Assembly (NCBI GenBank): GCA_902799555.1
Contig: CADCBB010000002.1
Span: 45,552 to 109,551 of the forward strand
Origin: an uncultured Bacteroidales bacterium
GTDB lineage: Bacteria; Bacteroidota; Bacteroidia; Bacteroidales; Paludibacteraceae
DNA length: 64,000 nucleotides
Direction of reading: 5' to 3'
Positions 1 to 8,917 of the stretch are shown piece after piece. A program made the translations under genes and the position numbers. Each line of letters starts with the position of its first letter. Within the stretch, counting starts at the first letter, position 1. Below the pieces are notes generated by a model. The model searched no databases and was not told the DNA's origin. It saw nothing but the letters and a program-made list of their open reading frames with translations.

Positions 1-335
1 TCGAGGAGCAGTACGAAGTGGTGCAGCAGACGATTGCGGATATCTGCAAGGAAGACAAACCGACTATTGTCATCTTTAACAAGATCGATAACTTCACCTA
101 TATTCCCAAAGAGGAAGACGACCTTACGCCGATCCAGCGGGAGAACCTCTCGTTGGCGGATCTCCAAAAGACCTGGATGGCTCGTTTAGGAGAGGACTGC
201 ATCTTTATCTCTGCGAAAAATAAGGATAATATAGACGCTTTGCGTGCGCTGCTATACGACCGTATCAAAGCGATACACATAAAACGTTATCCATATAACG
301 ATTTCCTGTTTCAAAACTACGATACAGAGAACTAA
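1..335 (+). CDS. hflX: GTPase HflX, C-terminal fragment (5' end outside window)
   Basis: Frame open to the window start. NKID (G4) and ISAK (G5) GTPase motifs plus an HflX-like C-terminal tail. Confidence 0.7.
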   Translation, partial: EEQYEVVQQTIADICKEDKPTIVIFNKIDNFTYIPKEEDDLTPIQRENLSLADLQKTWMARLGEDCIFISAKNKDNIDALRALLYDRIKAIHIKRYPYNDFLFQNYDTEN

Positions 336-348
336 AACCATTCTTTGT

Positions 349-2730
349 ATGAAGACCAAGTCACAACTGACAGATCATGAATCGGCTCGCGAATTACGCA
401 ACCGTGCTCTCTCTTATGAGATAGCTACGGAGGGCGTTGTTTTGCTTGAGAATAATGGTGTGTTACCCTTAAGTCCTTGTCCTATAGCTCTTTATGGAGC
501 AGGGGCTCAATATACCATTAAAGGAGGAAGCGGAAGCGGCGAAGTGAACGCAAGACATAACGTGTCTGTCTTGGAAGGTTTGCGGGATGCCGGTTTTGAT
601 ATTCTTACTAATGAGTGGTTAAAACGTTATGATGAGCAATGGAAATCCGGTAGGAAATCGTTTCTTAGCTCGATGCGACGCAAACTGCTGATACCTACTG
701 CCCGGCGTATAGATGCACTTCTAGGAATAGAATATATCTATCCTACAGGTGGCTTGTTGGTGGCTGAGCAATTGGCCTCTACCGATACATGTATTTATGT
801 TGTTGCGCGACAATCAGGCGAAGGTAAGGATCGTGAAGATATTCCAGGCAACTTCCGTCTGACCGATGATGAGATAGCCAATATTCGTCTTTGTGCAGCG
901 TATTATCCGCGTTTTGTACTACTGATCAACTCCGGCGCCCCTATTGACCTCACGCCTCTTGACGATATACCGGGAATAGGCGCAATCGTATATATGGGCC
1001 AATTGGGCATGGAGGGCGGACATGCCGTTGCTCATATCCTCACCGGAAAAGTGAATCCATCAGGAAAATTAGCTGTTACGTGGCCTAAATCCTATGAAGA
1101 TGTTCCTTTTGGAAATGAGTTCGGGAAAGATCCTGAGCATGCTCTATATAAGGAAGGAATATACGTAGGGTATAGATATTTCGATAGTTTTGATGTGTCG
1201 CCTCGCTATCCTTTCGGATATGGGTTAACCTATACTTCGTTTGTTCATTCTGCTCAGCAAATTCGCTTGTCGGATGATAAATTGATTTGGTCCGTAGAAG
1301 TGATGAATAATGGTCCGCGTGCAGGAAAAAATATAGTTCAGGCATATGTCCGTTGTCCGGGCGAAGATTGTGAATATCAACGTCTTGTGGCTTTTGCAAA
1401 GACCAAAGTTCTTCAGCCCAAAGAAACAGAAATCATAAATCTATGCGTTGATATAGCATCCTTGGCTCAGTACGACGAGTCGGATGCTCAGACTATTGTA
1501 CGTGAAGGTGATTATATTGTCCTACTAGGAGACGACTCGCGTTCAACAATCCCTGTAGCAGTTGTGACGGTTCCGAACACGCTTATTCTTGAGCACCATA
1601 AACACCTCTGTCAGCCTCAGACAAACATAGCCGAGTTGCATCATACAAATCGTTTTGAGGTTCCTCGAGATCTGCCTCATATATCGATTAATAGCATAAC
1701 TCGCGCAGAACATAGTAGAGTCGTAGCTCCGTTAACCGGCGAGACCTCGCAATTTGATGTTCGCTTACTTGCCGGAACAGGTATGAACGCAGACAAGAAT
1801 GGTTTCTCTGTTCCAGGAGCTGTAGGGCATACGACTGCTGCCTTTGTAAATGAAGGCATACATAATATTGAGTTTTGTGATGGCCCTGCAGGTTTGCGAC
1901 TTGAGAAAAAATCGGTTCTTTATCCTAATGGAGAAATAAAACCCCTGGAATTCTCGCTGTCTATCTATGAGTACCTACCTCGTTGGATGCGGTATTTTTT
2001 GATAGGTAAAGAGAACAAAGGTCATGTTCTTTATCAGTATGTGACTGCTTTCCCCGTTGAGGCTATGGTGGCTCAGACTTGGAATGTCGAACTCGCACAA
2101 AAAATGGGCGAGGCAATCAGTGAAGAGATGTCGGAGTATGGCGTGTCGTTCTGGTTAGGTCCCGCAATGAATATTGTTCGTAATCCGCTTTGTGGACGAA
2201 ACTATGAGTACTATTCGGAGGATCCCCTATTGACGGGCCGGATGGCTTCCGCTACGGCGAAAGGTGTTGAGTCAAGGAGTGGTAATTATTGTACACTTAA
2301 GCATTTCAGCGCTAATAATCAGGAAGCGTATCGTCGAACAGTCTCTTCCGACGTAGATGAGCGTGCTTTGCGGGAAATTTACTGGCGAGGTTTCGAAATT
2401 GCGATTCGTGAGGCTCATCCCTCATCCGTCATGGTGGCCTATAACAAATTGAATGGTACTTATTGCGCTACGAATCATGAGTTGTGTTCTGATCTGCTAC
2501 GTGACGAATGGGGTTTCGATGGGGTGATAATGACCGACTGGTATTCAACAGGCCCTGATCTGGCAGATGAAGCAGAGTGTATCAGTGCCGGCGTTGATCT
2601 TATTATGCCGGGAGGAGAAGAGACCATTCAAGCGCTCACTAAAGCGCATAAAGAAGGCAAATTGTCTGATGCAGACATTAACCGAGCAACGAATCGAGTA
2701 CTGCGTGCTATTCGTAACACAAGAAGATAA
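349..2730 (+). CDS. Glycoside hydrolase family 3 beta-glucosidase-like enzyme with reversed domain order
   Basis: 793-aa ORF. Domain order is sandwich domain (KGGSGSGEV; NPSGKLAVTWP), then Fn3-like (YPFGYGLTYTSF), then barrel domain ending in nucleophile motif GFDGVIMTDW. No signal peptide visible. Confidence 0.85.
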   Translation: MKTKSQLTDHESARELRNRALSYEIATEGVVLLENNGVLPLSPCPIALYGAGAQYTIKGGSGSGEVNARHNVSVLEGLRDAGFDILTNEWLKRYDEQWKSGRKSFLSSMRRKLLIPTARRIDALLGIEYIYPTGGLLVAEQLASTDTCIYVVARQSGEGKDREDIPGNFRLTDDEIANIRLCAAYYPRFVLLINSGAPIDLTPLDDIPGIGAIVYMGQLGMEGGHAVAHILTGKVNPSGKLAVTWPKSYEDVPFGNEFGKDPEHALYKEGIYVGYRYFDSFDVSPRYPFGYGLTYTSFVHSAQQIRLSDDKLIWSVEVMNNGPRAGKNIVQAYVRCPGEDCEYQRLVAFAKTKVLQPKETEIINLCVDIASLAQYDESDAQTIVREGDYIVLLGDDSRSTIPVAVVTVPNTLILEHHKHLCQPQTNIAELHHTNRFEVPRDLPHISINSITRAEHSRVVAPLTGETSQFDVRLLAGTGMNADKNGFSVPGAVGHTTAAFVNEGIHNIEFCDGPAGLRLEKKSVLYPNGEIKPLEFSLSIYEYLPRWMRYFLIGKENKGHVLYQYVTAFPVEAMVAQTWNVELAQKMGEAISEEMSEYGVSFWLGPAMNIVRNPLCGRNYEYYSEDPLLTGRMASATAKGVESRSGNYCTLKHFSANNQEAYRRTVSSDVDERALREIYWRGFEIAIREAHPSSVMVAYNKLNGTYCATNHELCSDLLRDEWGFDGVIMTDWYSTGPDLADEAECISAGVDLIMPGGEETIQALTKAHKEGKLSDADINRATNRVLRAIRNTRR

Positions 2731-2774
2731 AATCTTAAAATAAATGCAAAAAAGTGCAAAAAATGTATAAATAT

Positions 2775-2805
2775 TTGTCTGTATCAAAAATTTTTTGTAT
2801 TTTTG
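2775..2805 (+). promoter_or_regulatory. Promoter (-33 TTG, 20-nt spacer, -7 TAnnTTTG) for hpt
   Basis: TTGTCTGTATCAAAAATTTTTTGTATTTTTG. Confidence 0.6.
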
Positions 2806-2833
2806 CAGCATCAATCCAAATAAAACACTATTC

Positions 2834-3376
2834 ATGAGAACGATTGACGAACAAGGATATCATTTTGAAGAATGGTTAACTCCGGAAGAGATTGCGAAGG
2901 ACGTTAAGCAGGTAGCAGCCACGATTAGCAAGGATTATCAGGGCCAAGAACCGCTGTTTGTGGTTGTGCTCAATGGTGCTTTTGTCTTTGCATCGGACCT
3001 GCTCCGTGCTCTTCATGACGTGCGTTGCGAAGTGACGTTCATCCGTGTCAGCTCCTATTGGGGCATGTCTTCCACCGGCCAATTAGAGTTTATCGTGCCG
3101 TTGCAGCAAGTAGTGGAGAACCGCGATGTCATCATCGTGGAGGATATCGTAGACACCGGTTTGACGATCCACCAACTCAAAGCGCATATGCGCGGACTTG
3201 GAGTGAACAGTATTCGCGTAGCTACCATGCTCTTTAAACCGGAGAAACTGGAGTATGACGATGCGAAGCCTGACTATGTAGGCCATGAGATCTCCGAGGA
3301 GTTTGTGATCGGATACGGTCTTGACTTCGATGGATTTGTTCGAAACTTAGATGCCATTTACAAAGTAAAGGAATAA
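2834..3376 (+). CDS. hpt: Hypoxanthine phosphoribosyltransferase
   Basis: PRPP loop DVIIVEDIVDTGLT and HPRT-like length. ATG 2834 chosen because TTG 2795 lies inside the -7 promoter box. Confidence 0.85.
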   Translation: MRTIDEQGYHFEEWLTPEEIAKDVKQVAATISKDYQGQEPLFVVVLNGAFVFASDLLRALHDVRCEVTFIRVSSYWGMSSTGQLEFIVPLQQVVENRDVIIVEDIVDTGLTIHQLKAHMRGLGVNSIRVATMLFKPEKLEYDDAKPDYVGHEISEEFVIGYGLDFDGFVRNLDAIYKVKE

Positions 3377-3412
3377 ATCACAATATTAAATTAACTCTTA
3401 AATTTTACCATT

Positions 3413-5194
3413 ATGGATGAAGAATTAAAAAAAGTAATGGAAGTCGCTGAGGTTTGGACTCGCGAGCCATTTGATGCACAGACACGTGCAGAGGTGAAAG
3501 CCCTGATGGACGCAGAGGACAAGACAGAACTCATCGACGCTTTCTATCGTACCCTCGAGTTTGGTACCGGTGGTCTGCGTGGTATCATGGGTGTCGGCAC
3601 GAACCGTATGAACAAGTACATCGTGGCTCAAGCTACCCAGGGTTATGCCAACTACATGCTGAAAGTGCAGAAAGAAGGCGGTTTTGAGAACGTTCAGAAC
3701 GGTCGCGTAGCTGTGGTTGTAGGTCACGACTGCCGTAACAACGGTCGTCTGTTCGCTGAGACGGTGGCAAACATCTTCTCCGCCAACGGCATCAAGGTGT
3801 ATCTGTTTGAGTCGCTTCGCCCGACGCCGGAGGTTTCTTTCGCTATCCGTCACCTCAAATGTCAAGGTGGTGTGAACGTTACCGCTTCCCACAACCCGAA
3901 GGAGTATAACGGTTATAAAGCATACTGGGAGGATGGTAGCCAGGTGCTCCAACCGCATGACCAGGGTATCATCGACGAAGTGAACAAAGTGCGCATGGAG
4001 GATGTCAAATGGGAGGCTAACCCGGATCTCATTGAGATCATCGGCGGCGAGATGGACTACGACTACATGATGGCGGTTAAGAGCGTTATGATCGACCAAG
4101 ACTCTATCCTTCGTCAGAAAGACCTTAATATTGTCTATACGCCGATGCACGGTGCCGGTCGTCAGATCGTTCCGATGTGCTTGCGCAGTTGGGGCTTCCA
4201 GAATATCCACGTCGTTCCTGAGCAAATGGTCATCGATGGTAATTTCCCGACCGTTGTCAGCCCGAACCCCGAGAACGCAGAGGCTATGACGCTGGGCATG
4301 AAACTCGGTACAAAATTAGGTGCTGACCTTGTGATTGCTTCCGATCCGGACGCTGACCGTATCGCTATTGTTTGCCGTAACGACAAGGGTGAGTGGGTGA
4401 TCATCAACGGAAACCAGACCAATATCATGTACCACTACTACATCATCAATAATATGAAGCGTCTGGGTAAGATGCGCGACGATATGTACATCGTCAAGAC
4501 CATCGTTACCTCCGAGCTCATTCGTAAGATTGCTGATGCACAGGGTGTAACGCTGACCGACGAATATACAGGCTTCAAGTGGATTGCGAACCGTATCCGA
4601 ATGTGGGAAGGCAAACGCAAATATATCGGTGGCGGTGAGGAGAGTTTCGGTTTCCTGCCGTACGACGCTGTGCGCGATAAATGTTCGCCGTCGTCTATCT
4701 GCCTCATCTGCGAGATCGCTGCGTTCGCGAAGGACAATGGTATGACGCTGTATGATTACCTGCTTAAGATCTATGAGGACTACGGCTTCCAACGCGAAAC
4801 GACCATCAACGTCGTTCGTCCGGGTAAGAGCGGTGCCGAAGAGATCCAAGCAATGATGGTTAACTACCGCAACAACCCGCCGAAGGAGATCGCAGGCGAG
4901 AAGGTAGTTAAGATTAAAGACTTCAAGCTGCTCAAGCAACAAGACCTGAAAGACGGTAAATGGGTTGAGTCCGACATCGAGATGCCGTTGAACGCTACCT
5001 CGAACGTACTGCAGTACTTCACCGAGGGCGGCCTGAAAGTATCCGTTCGTCCTTCCGGTACGGAGCCGAAGATCAAGTTCTACTTCGAGATTCCGGTGAA
5101 GAGCGGCAAACCGTTCACAGGCGCAGACTATGTACGCTGCACCGAGGAAGCGGAAGCACGCGTTCCGGCTATCAAAGCAAGTCTCGGTCTCTAA
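3413..5194 (+). CDS. Phosphoglucomutase/phosphomannomutase family phospho-sugar mutase
   Basis: Active-site loop TASHNPKEYNGYK and metal loop ASDPDADR; 593 aa. Confidence 0.9.
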   Translation: MDEELKKVMEVAEVWTREPFDAQTRAEVKALMDAEDKTELIDAFYRTLEFGTGGLRGIMGVGTNRMNKYIVAQATQGYANYMLKVQKEGGFENVQNGRVAVVVGHDCRNNGRLFAETVANIFSANGIKVYLFESLRPTPEVSFAIRHLKCQGGVNVTASHNPKEYNGYKAYWEDGSQVLQPHDQGIIDEVNKVRMEDVKWEANPDLIEIIGGEMDYDYMMAVKSVMIDQDSILRQKDLNIVYTPMHGAGRQIVPMCLRSWGFQNIHVVPEQMVIDGNFPTVVSPNPENAEAMTLGMKLGTKLGADLVIASDPDADRIAIVCRNDKGEWVIINGNQTNIMYHYYIINNMKRLGKMRDDMYIVKTIVTSELIRKIADAQGVTLTDEYTGFKWIANRIRMWEGKRKYIGGGEESFGFLPYDAVRDKCSPSSICLICEIAAFAKDNGMTLYDYLLKIYEDYGFQRETTINVVRPGKSGAEEIQAMMVNYRNNPPKEIAGEKVVKIKDFKLLKQQDLKDGKWVESDIEMPLNATSNVLQYFTEGGLKVSVRPSGTEPKIKFYFEIPVKSGKPFTGADYVRCTEEAEARVPAIKASLGL

Positions 5195-5214
5195 GCAGAT
5201 CTCCTATTATAAAA

Positions 5215-5249
5215 ATACGCGCATGCTCACACATGCGCGTATCTTTTTT
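5215..5249. terminator. Bidirectional hairpin terminator between phosphohexomutase (+) and epimerase-like gene (-)
   Basis: ATACGCGCATG-ctcaca-CATGCGCGTAT, flanked by an A-run and a T-run. Confidence 0.75.
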
Positions 5250-5260
5250 GTCTCTATTCC

Positions 5261-6793
5261 TTACTCCCAACCTTCAAAGACCTCCGGACCATAGACATTA
5301 TCTTCATCTGCCTCATGGAGCGGCGCCCATAACTGCGCGAAGAACGGATTCTGCTTCGCTACCCGATCCCAATGCCAAGGTACTTGCTTCTCTTTGGGTT
5401 CATGCGCATACGGATAAGGCATGTCGAACGGCGACCAATGACCGCCTAACAATATCAGACGACGACCGGCTTTGAACGTGTTCCCGTTCGCATCTTCCCA
5501 CATATCGTTGCCTAAATACTTACCGCCACGGAAGGCTGCCGCTTTGTTCAACTCCGCATCCGTCAGTTTATCGACATCCTTACTCTCGTCATAGCCGTGG
5601 TCGAGCAGCACCGGTGTCTCGCTGTTATGACTAAGGTCCATATGCTTCCAATTCGGTATCGCTTGATAGGCCTCCAACGATCCGTAATACGCGTGGATAC
5701 GCGGGGTGACGTGGTTCTTGATCCACCATTGTGTACCGTGCTCTTTACTATTGGCCATGAACCACATCGCCGCTTTCACGCAATGCGGGAACAACTTCGC
5801 GATACGGGTTTTAGCGGCGAACTTGATACCGACAGGTAGGGACGGAGCTTTTGCCATTTGGGCGAAATACTCTTTGACGGGTACGTTCGCACGGAAATGG
5901 AGATAGTTCTCTAACTTATCGCCGTCGATATACCACATACCGTGGAAATTGCGGGTCGTGAACCAATTGGCATTGAAAATCAGCTCGGGTTTCGGACAGC
6001 CGATAGCATCCAATAGCAAGCACTCGAACTCGTAGTTGCTGAGGCGATATTCCTTACCGGAACCGATATTATAATAATTATTCCAAAACTCAGCCGGCAC
6101 CTCCGGACGGCATACGCGCTCCAACAGACGTCCGCTATCTTCCACCGTCGCCCACTCCAGCACGCCACGGATCGGCACATGGAACATGATCGGATCGTAG
6201 TTCTTGAGGATCGCCGGATAGAGGATACCTGACTGACGCAGACTGACCCAGGTCTTGATACCCGAATCGGTGATGATACGTTCGGCCTGTGCTTTGGTCA
6301 GACCATAATGGTCGTACGCCGAGACACAGATAGGATCGCCGGCTCTACCCCAATGCAGCGGTTCGCGACGGTCTCCCATCTGGGCTACCGAACCGATGTA
6401 CACCACTTTGGGTTGTTTCTCTTCGGGTTGCGCCAAAACGGCCTTTGTGATAAACTCTGCCGCCGTGATATTGGTGCGTAAGGTCGCTTTCGGACGATAG
6501 TCCGCTTGCGGCGACACCATACCGCCTACATGCAGCACGATGTCCGCACCCGTCACACCTTTTAAGATATCTTCGTAGTTCGTCAGGTCGCCCCAGATAA
6601 CGTTTAATGTTGAATGTTGAAGGGTTAAAGGAGCCAACAACTCCTTGTTCTTCTTGCTCGGACGAGCTAAGATACGTAACTCATACTGATCCGGGTATTT
6701 CAGGATCTCGGTCATACCTGCGTATCCCATCGTACCGGTAGCGCCGGTTAGAAAAACTACAGTTTTTTTATTTACCATTTTATCATTTACCAT
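5261..6793 (-). CDS. NAD(P)-binding epimerase/dehydratase-like protein with an unrecognised C-terminal extension
   Basis: Rossmann motif VFLTGATGTMG near the N-terminus. About 180 further C-terminal residues match no motif I recognise. Alternative in-frame ATG at 6778. Confidence 0.5.
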   Translation of the reverse strand: MVNDKMVNKKTVVFLTGATGTMGYAGMTEILKYPDQYELRILARPSKKNKELLAPLTLQHSTLNVIWGDLTNYEDILKGVTGADIVLHVGGMVSPQADYRPKATLRTNITAAEFITKAVLAQPEEKQPKVVYIGSVAQMGDRREPLHWGRAGDPICVSAYDHYGLTKAQAERIITDSGIKTWVSLRQSGILYPAILKNYDPIMFHVPIRGVLEWATVEDSGRLLERVCRPEVPAEFWNNYYNIGSGKEYRLSNYEFECLLLDAIGCPKPELIFNANWFTTRNFHGMWYIDGDKLENYLHFRANVPVKEYFAQMAKAPSLPVGIKFAAKTRIAKLFPHCVKAAMWFMANSKEHGTQWWIKNHVTPRIHAYYGSLEAYQAIPNWKHMDLSHNSETPVLLDHGYDESKDVDKLTDAELNKAAAFRGGKYLGNDMWEDANGNTFKAGRRLILLGGHWSPFDMPYPYAHEPKEKQVPWHWDRVAKQNPFFAQLWAPLHEADEDNVYGPEVFEGWE

Positions 6794-6811
6794 TTACCAT
6801 TTACCATTTAT
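6776..6811 (-). repeat. Heptamer micro-array TAAATGG x3 plus 2 variants
   Basis: Minus strand A-TAAATGG-TAAATGG-TAAATGG-TAAATGA-TAAAATG. Contains the nhaP2 stop and five ATGs, including the start of the next gene. Confidence 0.9.
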
Positions 6812-8421
6812 TTTTTCTTTTTCATCCAGGCGAACATACGGTCAAAGCGTTCGCGCATGCGGAGCCGGAACGCTTCGCGCCATAAAGCCTCTTCCTCGGC
6901 ATCGTCAATCATATGCTGATAGGTTGCTTGCGCATCCTTATCGCTAATGACAAGTAACTGATCGCCTATCTGCAACTCACTCGACCCCGTAGGTACGAAG
7001 AAATCTTCGCCGCGCCGCACCATGATGACTAAAGTGCGGGGAGGGATAGAGAGTTCCTTTAATGTATTTCCTTTGGCCAGCAACTTATCCGTCACCTCCA
7101 CCTCGCGGGCCGAAGACTGAATCTCATCCGGCAGGTCCAGGTCAAAATGCTCCAATGAATGCACCTCTTTCTGCGGTGTATCCAGGTTCAGTTTCTTGGC
7201 CACCAAGGTCAGTGTCGTACCCTGCGTAAGCAAGGAGACGATCGTACAGAGGAAGACCACATTGAAGATCATATCGGCAAACGGCACTCCCTCCGATTTA
7301 CACATGATGGCGAAGATGATAGGTACTGCGCCTTTGAGTCCCACCCAACTAAGCATCACTTTGTCGCGCGAGTGATACTGCCGGAAAGGCAACATACATA
7401 TCCAAACGGACAACGGACGGGAGATGAAGACCATCACGATACTGATGATCAGGCAGGGCAACCATACTTTAAATTGGAGCAGTTCGGGCAGTTCTACCAT
7501 CAGACCTAACATCAAGAACATCACCAGTTGGCTCAACCAAGTTAAACCATTAAAGAACGATTTCGTCTGCCGCTTGCGGGTGAATTTATTGTTACCGATG
7601 ATCAAACCGCCTACGTACACTGCCAGATAGGTATTACCTTGTAGGTAATGGGTGATGGCAAAAATAAAGATACAGGCCGTCAGAATCATGATCGGGTAGA
7701 GCGCTTCATTGCCTAACTTTACGCGGCGCATCAGTTGTACCAGACCTTGTCCCAAAGCCAGACCCAACACCGTTCCCATCACGAGCTGAATAGCGATATT
7801 CTGAATAATCGGCAGTATCGTCACTTCTTCAGTCAAACCAACAATAGAATGCAAGTTGACTACTACGCCGATCAGAGTCGTCGTCAACACATACGCCATC
7901 GGGTCGTTTGCGCCGGACTCCAATTCCAATAGCGGACGTAAGTTGTGCTTCAGTCCGATCCCGTTGGTACGCAGGACGGAAAAGACACTCGCGCTGTCCG
8001 TACTCGACATCGTCGCCGCCATTAGCAAGGCCAGCCATATAGACACCGTGGCGACGGCGTTGATCCAACCGAAAATATAGTAGATGAGTACACCCGTAAT
8101 AACGCAGGTCAGCAACACCCCTAAGGTCGCTAACGTGACACCCGGCGCCAAGACCGATTTGATATCGCTCAACTTGGTCTCCATACCGCCGGTGAATAGG
8201 ATGATGCACATCGCTAAGGTACTGATCGCCTCCGCAAACTCGATATTGATCTTCACGCCGCTCATACCGAAGAGAGAGGTCATACCGTGCGAACCGAAGA
8301 ACATACCCACCGCCAAGAAAAGCAGCAAGGCAGGCACACCGTATTTATAACCGATCTTGTCCGCGAAGATGCTGACGAAGAACAGCAGCGATAATATCAG
8401 AAGAAGAAACTCTACGTGCAT
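6808..8421 (-). CDS. nhaP2: K+/H+ antiporter of the NhaP2/CvrA type
   Basis: Multi-TM cation/proton exchanger body plus C-terminal TrkA-C-like domain (VIMVRRGEDFFVPTGSSELQIGDQLLV). Confidence 0.75.
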   Translation of the reverse strand: MHVEFLLLILSLLFFVSIFADKIGYKYGVPALLLFLAVGMFFGSHGMTSLFGMSGVKINIEFAEAISTLAMCIILFTGGMETKLSDIKSVLAPGVTLATLGVLLTCVITGVLIYYIFGWINAVATVSIWLALLMAATMSSTDSASVFSVLRTNGIGLKHNLRPLLELESGANDPMAYVLTTTLIGVVVNLHSIVGLTEEVTILPIIQNIAIQLVMGTVLGLALGQGLVQLMRRVKLGNEALYPIMILTACIFIFAITHYLQGNTYLAVYVGGLIIGNNKFTRKRQTKSFFNGLTWLSQLVMFLMLGLMVELPELLQFKVWLPCLIISIVMVFISRPLSVWICMLPFRQYHSRDKVMLSWVGLKGAVPIIFAIMCKSEGVPFADMIFNVVFLCTIVSLLTQGTTLTLVAKKLNLDTPQKEVHSLEHFDLDLPDEIQSSAREVEVTDKLLAKGNTLKELSIPPRTLVIMVRRGEDFFVPTGSSELQIGDQLLVISDKDAQATYQHMIDDAEEEALWREAFRLRMRERFDRMFAWMKKKK

Positions 8422-8837
8422 TATTTTTTCAATAGAAATTCATCAATAATCTTCACAATCTCCTCTTTGGGGTATAAACCTTTGAGTAACATCGGTTTAC
8501 CTTCCATCGGGATATAGAGTACCTGCGGGATCGAACTGATCTGGAATACATACGCCAACTCGCGTTCACGCTCTGTATCCGCTTTGTAGAACTTCACCTG
8601 ATCGCAGTAGGTCTGACTCAACTCGTCCATGATCGGCGCCAGACGTTTACAAGGTCCGCACCAAGTGGTGTAGAAATCAATGATACAGGGTTTGTCGCCC
8701 TTGTATTTCCATTCCTTATTGGTCTTATAATCGAAGATCCTGTCCCGGAATTGTTCGGTTGTGATATACACCACATCGTCCGCCCAAACTCCGATCGCCC
8801 AAAGGCTCAAGAAAAGTATCGATACATATTTACGCAT
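8421..8837 (-). CDS. Secreted thioredoxin-family protein
   Basis: WCGPCK redox motif and a signal peptide. ATG 8837 chosen because TTG 8864 overlaps the -7 box of its own promoter. Confidence 0.8.
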   Translation of the reverse strand: MRKYVSILFLSLWAIGVWADDVVYITTEQFRDRIFDYKTNKEWKYKGDKPCIIDFYTTWCGPCKRLAPIMDELSQTYCDQVKFYKADTERERELAYVFQISSIPQVLYIPMEGKPMLLKGLYPKEEIVKIIDEFLLKK

Positions 8838-8861
8838 AAATCTCCAAATTAAAATCGGCTG

Positions 8862-8892
8862 CAAAATTAGTAAAAAATTTGCATATATGCAA
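8862..8892 (-). promoter_or_regulatory. Promoter for the thioredoxin / nhaP2 / epimerase-like gene string
   Basis: TTGCATATATGCAAATTTTTTACTAATTTTG on the minus strand. Shares the palindrome TTGCATATATGCAA with the divergent promoter. Confidence 0.65.
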
Positions 8893-8909
8893 GAAATTTA
8901 GTAATTTTG
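8879..8909 (+). promoter_or_regulatory. Promoter for the OmpA-like / hypothetical / aroB string
   Basis: TTGCATATATGCAAGAAATTTAGTAATTTTG. Confidence 0.65.
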
Positions 8910-8917
8910 CGCTCGAA

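Noticed and set aside
349-2730. Permuted GH3 as an assembly or fusion artefact of two genes
   Set aside because: The reading frame is continuous, with a linker and Fn3-like domain between the two halves. There is one start context and no internal stop or promoter block. The reversed order is a known natural variant.
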